Shown: positions 25,268-31,829 of the stretch, one piece after another
Numbering within the stretch: the first letter of the stretch is position 1
Layout of the letters: each line of letters begins with the position of its first letter
NCBI GenBank assembly: GCA_019873725.1
Contig: JAIOAS010000004.1
Coordinates: 1-58,862, forward strand
Direction of reading: 5' to 3'
Origin: Chloroflexota bacterium
GTDB lineage: Bacteria; Chloroflexota; Anaerolineae; B4-G1; SLSP01
Length of the DNA stretch: 58,862 nt
Notes under the pieces: model-generated
Seen by the model: only the letters and a program-made list of their open reading frames with translations
What the model was told of the DNA's origin: nothing
Databases searched by the model: none
Program-made: the position numbers and the translations under genes

Positions 25268-27418
25268 ATGACACTGCGTATTATTGGCAAGTATGAACTC
25301 CTGGAAGAGGTGGGCCGCGGCGGTTTTGCCGTGGTGTACCGGGCGCGCGATACCACGTTGGATCGCGTGGTGGCCCTCAAGGTGCTGCACCCGCACTGGG
25401 TGACCGATCCCCAATTTGCCACGCGCTTCCGCCAGGAGGCGCGCGCCGCGGCGAACCTGCGCCACCCCAATATCGTCACCGTCCACGACACGGGTGAAAC
25501 CGACGGCCAGCTCTACATTGCGATGGCTTACCTGCCGGGACGCACATTGCACGACTTGCTGGAAGAACAGGGCGCGCTGCCCCTGGAAGCGGCCTTGCCC
25601 ATTTTGGAACAACTGGCTGACGCCCTGGACTACGCTCACGCGCAAGGCGTGGTCCACCGCGACGTGAAACCGCTCAACGTGATCGTGGAAGACACTGCGC
25701 GCGGCCCGCGTGCCACGTTGATGGACTTCGGCCTGGTCAAAGCGTTGGAGAGCAGCACGGCATTGACCTCGCAAGGCACGCTGCTGGGATCGCCGGAGTA
25801 TATGGCTCCGGAGCAGGCCGACCCCAACCGCCACGCTGAGATCGGACCGGCCACCGACCGCTACGCCCTGGGCATCGTGGCCTACCGGATGCTCGCCGGG
25901 CGCGTGCCCTTCCCCGGCAACACGCCCGGCACGCTCAACGCGCACCTGAACCTGAAGGTGCCCGATCCACGGGATTTTGTGCGGGACTTACCGCCGGAGG
26001 TGACCGCGGCCGTGCTGACGATGCTGGCGAAGGCCCCCGCCGACCGTTTCCCAACGGCGAACGCATTTGTGGCCCGGCTGCGCGAGGCTCAGGAAGCCGC
26101 GAGGCAGCGACAAACCCGCGAGACGCACCTGGCATCGCAGTACCAGATGCTCCAGGCTGCCATACAGCAAGGCGCCTGGGACAATGCCATACAGATAGGG
26201 CAGCGCATCCAGCAGAGCGCCCCCGATTACGCCGATGTGACGCGCCTGATAAGTCTGGCGCAGAAGAAACACCAGGAAGCGGAGGCCGCGCGGGCGGCGG
26301 CGCAGGCGCGCCGGGAAAACGAAGCGCGCCTGGCGCCTTTGCGCGCGCAGGTGCAGGCTGCTGTTGACCGGCAGGACTGGCCCGAAGTGCTGCGCATCGG
26401 TGGGCAAATCCAGGCGCTTGAGCCGGACGATCCCGTTGCCGCCCAATGGATTGCCCAGGCGCAAGAACAAGTGCGCCGCCCCGTACGAACGCCGCCCTCT
26501 GGTCCGACGCGAGCGCCCAGCCCTGTGCGCCAACCACAGCCCCTGCCTGACTGGCTCAAACCGGTGGGGATTGGCCTGGCGGCGGTGGTTGTGCTGGGGG
26601 TGTTGATTGGCGTGCTTGGTCCGCCGCTGTGGGAGGCCTTTTTTGCAGCTCAAACGCCTACACCTGAGCCGATGCCAGCTTTCTCTTTGCCCCCTTGTGA
26701 AACCGCTGGCGCGACCTGGACCCGCCCGACGGACGGGATGACGATGGTGTGCGTGCCCGGCGGCACATTCCAGATGGGCAGCGAGACCGGTGCTGATGAT
26801 GAAAAGCCGGTACATCCAGTGACGTTGAGCGCATTCTGGATTGACCAGACTGAGGTTACCAACGCGCAGTACGGGGAATGTGTGATAGACGGGGTATGCA
26901 CAGCTTCAACCTATGCCGACAATGCTGATTTTAACGGGAACCAGCAGCCTGTGGTTGGCATAGACTGGCACAATGCGGAGAAGTATTGCGCCTGGGCCGG
27001 CGGGCAGTTGCCGACCGAAGCGCAATGGGAATACGCGGCGCGGGGGCCAGAGGGGTATGTTTATCCGTGGGGCAATGTCGGGCCTGATTGTACTAAAGCA
27101 AATTACTGGGGTAAAGAGAATGGTTGTGTAGGAAAGACGTCACCGGTCGGTTCTTATCCGGAAGGGAAAAGCTGGGTTGGCGCGTTAGATATGGCCGGCA
27201 ACGTATGGGAATGGACGGCGGATTGGTACGATAAGTATCTTTCTGAGTCTCAGACGGATCCTGAAGGGCCGACAGAAGGACAATCCAAGGTGGTGCGTGG
27301 GGGTTCCTGGAGCCACAGCGTGAACCACGTGCGCGCTACGAACCGGAACGGGAACCCGCCAACGAACTCGAACTACTACCTGGGGTTTCGGTGTATGGTG
27401 GTACGCGCCCAGGATTAA
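25268..27418 (+). CDS. Transmembrane Ser/Thr protein kinase with C-terminal FGE-sulfatase/C-type-lectin-fold domain (DGR target 1)
   Basis: Kinase motifs GRGGFAVVY, HRDVKPLN, DFG and SPEYMAPE. One TM segment (VGIGLAAVVVLGVLIGVLGPPLW). FGE-sulfatase motifs (MVCVPGGTFQMGS, QLPTEAQWEYAARG, VVRGGSW). VR1 is at the C-terminus. Confidence 0.92.
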   Translation: MTLRIIGKYELLEEVGRGGFAVVYRARDTTLDRVVALKVLHPHWVTDPQFATRFRQEARAAANLRHPNIVTVHDTGETDGQLYIAMAYLPGRTLHDLLEEQGALPLEAALPILEQLADALDYAHAQGVVHRDVKPLNVIVEDTARGPRATLMDFGLVKALESSTALTSQGTLLGSPEYMAPEQADPNRHAEIGPATDRYALGIVAYRMLAGRVPFPGNTPGTLNAHLNLKVPDPRDFVRDLPPEVTAAVLTMLAKAPADRFPTANAFVARLREAQEAARQRQTRETHLASQYQMLQAAIQQGAWDNAIQIGQRIQQSAPDYADVTRLISLAQKKHQEAEAARAAAQARRENEARLAPLRAQVQAAVDRQDWPEVLRIGGQIQALEPDDPVAAQWIAQAQEQVRRPVRTPPSGPTRAPSPVRQPQPLPDWLKPVGIGLAAVVVLGVLIGVLGPPLWEAFFAAQTPTPEPMPAFSLPPCETAGATWTRPTDGMTMVCVPGGTFQMGSETGADDEKPVHPVTLSAFWIDQTEVTNAQYGECVIDGVCTASTYADNADFNGNQQPVVGIDWHNAEKYCAWAGGQLPTEAQWEYAARGPEGYVYPWGNVGPDCTKANYWGKENGCVGKTSPVGSYPEGKSWVGALDMAGNVWEWTADWYDKYLSESQTDPEGPTEGQSKVVRGGSWSHSVNHVRATNRNGNPPTNSNYYLGFRCMVVRAQD
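27287..27412 (+). repeat. DGR variable repeat VR1
   Basis: 126 nt collinear with the TR. There are 11 mismatches; 10 fall on TR adenines and 1 is a T-to-G. Confidence 0.93.
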
Positions 27419-27546
27419 AAATCATTGTCCTCTGTCCATTGAAAATCTGTCCTTTTCTTGCTGGAGCAGGCATCTGGTAGGGGCGCAAGTTCCTCCGGGG
27501 GGAGTCCAGAGGGGCGTAGCCCCTCTGGACGCGGCAAAATGAAAAT

Positions 27547-28632
27547 TTGGGGTCTGCTGTGAAAACGTACAAAAACCTGTACCCGCAAATCTACGCTTTC
27601 GACAATCTCTACCAGGCGTTCCGTGAAGCGCGCAAGGGCAAGCGCAGCAAGCCGGAGGTCGCCGCGTTTGAGTATCACCTGGAGCCGGAACTGTGGCAAT
27701 TGCAGCAAGAGCTGCAGGAGCACACGTACCAGCCCGGTCCCTATCACCACTTCTACATCATCGAACGCAAAAAGCGCAAAATCAGCGCCGCGCCCTTCCG
27801 CGACCGGGTCGTGCATCACGCGCTGTGCCGCGTCATCCAACCCATTTTCGAGGCGCGCTTCATCCACGATTCCTACGCCTGCCGCGTGGGAAAGGGCACA
27901 CACCGCGCCGCCGACCGCGCGCAGGAGTTTGCGCGGCGCAACGCCTACTGCCTCAAAGGCGATGTGCAACAGTTCTTCCCGTCGATTGACCACGCCCTCC
28001 TCCGCGAGATCCTCGCCCGGCGCATCGCCGATACGGAGGTGTTGTGGCTGATTGACCAGATTCTGCATAGCGGCGCGGGCGTGCTTGATAGCGAGTACAC
28101 AATGCAGTGGTTCCCCGGCGACGATCTGTGGGCGGGATTGCGTCCACGCGGTTTGCCGATCGGCAACCTCACCAGCCAGTTTTGGGCCAACACCTACCTC
28201 GACCGGTTGGATCAATTCGTCAAACGCGAGCTGAAATGCGCGGCCTATCTCCGCTACGCGGATGATTTCTTGCTTTTTCACGCCGACAAAGCGGTGTTGC
28301 ACGGCTGGCGCGAGGCGGTGATCGCCTGCCTGGCGGAGCTGCGGCTCAAGCTGCACGAGCGCAAATCGGTGGTCTTTCCCACAGCCGACGGCATCGACTT
28401 CGTGGGCTACCGCATCTTCGCGGATCACCGGCGGCTGCGCAAAGACAACGTGCGCGCGTTCGCCCACCGCCTGCGCACATTCCGGGACGCTTACCGGCGG
28501 GGTGAAGTGACGCTAAGCGCGATTCAGCCGTCGATCCAATCCTGGATCGCGCACGCCGCCCACGCGGACACCTACCGCCTGCGCGAGCGGCTGTTTGCGG
28601 AAGTCACATTTTCAGGCGGAGTCCGATCATGA
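27547..28632 (+). CDS. DGR reverse transcriptase
   Basis: Has the YADDFLLF catalytic motif, the DGR-type motif 4 LPIGNLTSQ, and a KTYKNLYPQIYAFDNLYQAFREARKGK N-terminus like Brt. The start may be GTG at 27559. Confidence 0.92.
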   Translation: MGSAVKTYKNLYPQIYAFDNLYQAFREARKGKRSKPEVAAFEYHLEPELWQLQQELQEHTYQPGPYHHFYIIERKKRKISAAPFRDRVVHHALCRVIQPIFEARFIHDSYACRVGKGTHRAADRAQEFARRNAYCLKGDVQQFFPSIDHALLREILARRIADTEVLWLIDQILHSGAGVLDSEYTMQWFPGDDLWAGLRPRGLPIGNLTSQFWANTYLDRLDQFVKRELKCAAYLRYADDFLLFHADKAVLHGWREAVIACLAELRLKLHERKSVVFPTADGIDFVGYRIFADHRRLRKDNVRAFAHRLRTFRDAYRRGEVTLSAIQPSIQSWIAHAAHADTYRLRERLFAEVTFSGGVRS

Positions 28633-28997
28633 GTGGACCGCAGAGCGGATACCCGATCTTCCCTAAAACGCACGATTTGATCAAGTGGCTGATGGAGCAT
28701 ACCGCCGGCTTTCCCCGCAACCAGCGCTTTATGCTGGCCAAACGGGTGCAGGATGCCGTGATGGATTTTTACGAATGTATCATTGCCGCGCGCAAAGTCC
28801 CGCTGCGGCAACGGGCTGAAATGTTGTTGCGCGCGGACGTGGCCCTGGAAACATTGCGCCTGCATCTGCGGCTGTGTTACGACTTGAAATTGTCCAGCGC
28901 GGATCAATACAAGTACGCCTCGCAGAGTGTCAACGAGATCGGCAAGCTGTTGGGCAAATGGATCCAGGGCGTCAAAGCGGGCAACGAGAGCCGTTAG
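28629..28997 (+). CDS. avd: Avd-like accessory variability determinant (four-helix-bundle / 23S rRNA IVS family)
   Basis: 122 aa. YPIFPKTHDLIKWLMEHTAGFPRNQRFMLAKRVQDAVMDFYECII is typical of the family. It overlaps the RT stop by ATGA. Confidence 0.85.
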   Translation: MSGPQSGYPIFPKTHDLIKWLMEHTAGFPRNQRFMLAKRVQDAVMDFYECIIAARKVPLRQRAEMLLRADVALETLRLHLRLCYDLKLSSADQYKYASQSVNEIGKLLGKWIQGVKAGNESR

Positions 28998-29042
28998 CCG
29001 GCCGTGCGCCGCTCACGACTCTGGTTGTGGGGATTGGGCCAT

Positions 29043-29168
29043 AAGGTGGTGCGTGGGGGTTCCTGGAACAACAACGAGAACAACGTGCGCTCTACGAACC
29101 GGAACAGGAACACGCCAACGAACACGAACAACAACCTGGGGTTTCGGTGTATGGTGGTACGCGCCCAG
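29043..29168 (+). repeat. DGR template repeat (TR)
   Basis: Non-coding copy of the last ~42 codons of the target domain. It contains 12 AAC codons. Its 24-nt 5' end and 34-nt 3' end are identical to both VRs. Confidence 0.93.
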
Positions 29169-29359
29169 CGCTCCCCGATCGGAATGTTTCGTGCTCACGG
29201 GTGCGAAACCGGAATTTGGGGAATCCAGGCCTGGTTCCCGGTCGTACGGCTGGCATGGCCAGTCGTGCGGCCAAAGATCAACCGGCCCCGCCCCTCGTGG
29301 TAGGCAACGAAGCCCGGGGCGGGGCCACCCTGAAAGTATAACGTGAAGAGGACGATTCT

Positions 29360-31684
29360 ATGGCGACACACATCGGCAAATACGAGATCATCGAAGAAAT
29401 CGGCCGGGGCGCATTCTCCGTCGTCTACAAAGCGCGCGACGCGCGTTTGGGTGAGATGGCGCTGAAAGTGCTCAAGGCGGACTACACCAGCGAGCCGGAA
29501 GTCGTCACGCGCTTCCTGGAAGAGGCGCGCAAGACCTTCGGGTTGCGGCACCGCAATATCGTGCGCATCTACGCGGTGGATGAAGATCAGGGCGTGCCCT
29601 ACATCGCGATGGAATACTTGCCCGGCGGCGCATTGACCGACCGGCTGGGCGGCGACCCACTGCCGCTGGATGCGGCGCTGGCCATTCTGGGGCAGGTCGC
29701 CGCGGCATTGGATTATGCCCACCAGCGCAAGCTGGTGCATCGCGACGTCAAACCCTCGAACATCCTGTTCGATGATGAAGGCCAGGCGGTGTTGGTGGAT
29801 TTTGGCCTGGTCAAATCCCTGGTGGCCAGCCGGCTGACCACCGCCGAGACGATCCTGGGCACGCCGCACTATATGGCGCCGGAGCAATTCACAGCCAAAG
29901 ACACCGTGGATGCGCGCGCCGACATCTACAGTTTAGGCGTCGTAGCCTACGAGATGCTCACCGGGAAGCGGCCTTTCGAGGCTGATACTACGGCGGCGGT
30001 GCTCATGGCGCACCTCAACGAAAGCCCACCCGATCCCCGCGCGGCCAATCCAGGCCTGGATGCCGGTGTGTGCGATGCCATACGCAAAGCATTGGCGAAA
30101 TCGCCGGACGGCCGCTTCGACAGCGCCGGCGCCTTTGTGCACAGCCTGCGCCAGGCCTGGAGCGACGTCAAGCAAACCCGGCAGACGGAATCCACCCTGG
30201 ATGCGCTTTACACCCAGGCACAAACTGCGCTGAAAGCCGAACAGTGGGCCGAACTGGCCCGCCTGTGCCTGGAAATGCGCGATCTCAATCCCGACTTTCG
30301 CGATGTCACCACACTGCTGGCGCTGGCCACAGGCCGGGTCCTCGAAGAAGACAAAAAGCGCCAGCAAGAACTGGCCTATCGCCAGCAATATGCCGATGCG
30401 CTGCAATTGTTGGCAGACCATGCCTATGCCGAAGCGATCGCGGCATTAGAGGCGCTGCCTCCCGGCTTCGCCGACGTGGCCCAACAGGTGCAGCAAGCAC
30501 GCGCCGGACAGATCAAGGTCGAGCTGTACGCCCAGGCCAAAACGAAATTGGCAGAACACCTGTACGCAGAGGCCTGCACCGACCTGCTCACGTTGCTGGA
30601 ACAGGACGCCGATTATGAAGACGCCGCCGCTTGCCTGCGCGCCGCCACAGCGGGCGCCCTGGAACACCTGAACGCCGTGCAGTCCGAATTGGAAACGGCG
30701 CGCGCGTCGTTAGCGCGCAGCCAGGGGGAGAACCAGGAGGCGCGCGCCCGTGCGACCGCCTTGGAAGCCCAGCTTGCGGAAGCCACTGCCGCGCACAAAC
30801 GTCTGGAAAAAGCCTTGCGGGAGGCCCAAAAGCGGACAAGCGATTTGGAAACCCAGACGCGGGAGGCGCAGGCCCAAGTCTCCGCGTATGACCAGGTGCT
30901 GCTGGCGCTGGAAGACCGCGCGCACGAAAAAGCCCTGTCCCTGGCCGAACCCCTGGCCGGCAACGACCTGCCAGGGATTGTCCGTGTGTTAGCGCGTTTG
31001 CAGGCGCTCGCGTCTGCCGCACAGCCAAAGCCGCCCACGGCGAAAGGCGATGTGTGGGTGCATCCCAAAGACGGGAAAACGATGGTGCGCGTCCCGGCAG
31101 GTGATTTCCTGTATGGCGATGACAAAGAAAAGCGCACGCTGCCGGAATTCTGGATCGACAAGACGCCGGTGACGAACGCTGAATACGCTCAGTTTGTGCA
31201 AGCAACAGATCACAAGCCGCCGCAACATTGGCAGGGGAAAACACCGCCAAAGGGAATGGCTGATCATCCGGTCACCTATGTGTCCTGGCACGATGCCGTA
31301 GCTTACGCAGAATGGGCCGGGAAGCGCTTGCCTACCGAGGAAGAATGGGAAAAGGCAGCGCGTGGGACGGACGGGCGTGTGTATCCGTGGGGCAATCAAC
31401 AACCAACACGTGAGCTTTGTAACTTCGATGGAAACGAGAAAGGTACAACGCCGGTAGGCAAATATTCTCCACAAGGTGATAGCCCGTATGGATGCGTGGA
31501 TATGGCGGGGAATGTCTGGCAGTGGACGGCGAGTGATTATGACAAGCACAGCAAGGTGGTGCGTGGGGGTTCCTGGGACTTCAACGGGAACAGCGTGCGC
31601 TCTACGTACCGGAGCAGGGACACGCCCTCGGACACGATCTACTCCCTGGGGTTTCGGTGTATGGTGGTACGCGCCCAGGATTAA
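29360..31684 (+). CDS. Ser/Thr protein kinase with coiled-coil region and C-terminal FGE-sulfatase/CLec domain (DGR target 2), no TM segment seen
   Basis: Kinase motifs GRGAFSVVY, HRDVKPSN, DFG and TPHYMAPE. A long Ala/Glu/Gln-rich helical region follows. FGE-sulfatase motifs include RLPTEEEWEKAARG and VVRGGSW. VR2 is at the C-terminus. Confidence 0.92.
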   Translation: MATHIGKYEIIEEIGRGAFSVVYKARDARLGEMALKVLKADYTSEPEVVTRFLEEARKTFGLRHRNIVRIYAVDEDQGVPYIAMEYLPGGALTDRLGGDPLPLDAALAILGQVAAALDYAHQRKLVHRDVKPSNILFDDEGQAVLVDFGLVKSLVASRLTTAETILGTPHYMAPEQFTAKDTVDARADIYSLGVVAYEMLTGKRPFEADTTAAVLMAHLNESPPDPRAANPGLDAGVCDAIRKALAKSPDGRFDSAGAFVHSLRQAWSDVKQTRQTESTLDALYTQAQTALKAEQWAELARLCLEMRDLNPDFRDVTTLLALATGRVLEEDKKRQQELAYRQQYADALQLLADHAYAEAIAALEALPPGFADVAQQVQQARAGQIKVELYAQAKTKLAEHLYAEACTDLLTLLEQDADYEDAAACLRAATAGALEHLNAVQSELETARASLARSQGENQEARARATALEAQLAEATAAHKRLEKALREAQKRTSDLETQTREAQAQVSAYDQVLLALEDRAHEKALSLAEPLAGNDLPGIVRVLARLQALASAAQPKPPTAKGDVWVHPKDGKTMVRVPAGDFLYGDDKEKRTLPEFWIDKTPVTNAEYAQFVQATDHKPPQHWQGKTPPKGMADHPVTYVSWHDAVAYAEWAGKRLPTEEEWEKAARGTDGRVYPWGNQQPTRELCNFDGNEKGTTPVGKYSPQGDSPYGCVDMAGNVWQWTASDYDKHSKVVRGGSWDFNGNSVRSTYRSRDTPSDTIYSLGFRCMVVRAQD
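31553..31678 (+). repeat. DGR variable repeat VR2
   Basis: 126 nt collinear with the TR. All 15 mismatches fall on TR adenines. Confidence 0.93.
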
Positions 31685-31829
31685 CAATCATTGTCCCCCT
31701 GTCCATTGATTCTCTGTCTTTTTCTGGCTGTAGCGAGTATCTGGTCTGGCGCCAGTCTCGCCCCTGGGGTCTGGGGCGTTAGCCCCAGCCGCGCGAAAAT
31801 TGAATTTTGAGGCATCGAAGGAACATTGA

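Noticed and set aside
27415-28467. 350-aa minus-strand ORF opposite the reverse transcriptase
   Set aside because: It is a shadow ORF in GC-rich DNA. The plus strand carries unmistakable RT motifs and the minus-strand product has no recognisable features.
29004-29303. 99-aa ORF (and overlapping ORFs at 28927..29346 and 29013..29198) covering the Asn-rich sequence ..VVRGGSWNNNENNVRSTNRNRNTPTNTNNNLGFRC..
   Set aside because: This is the DGR template repeat. It copies only the last ~42 codons of the target domain and has no RBS or full domain. Its upstream part is a degenerate remnant (LWLWGLGH vs VWQWTASDY). It acts as an RNA template, not as a gene.
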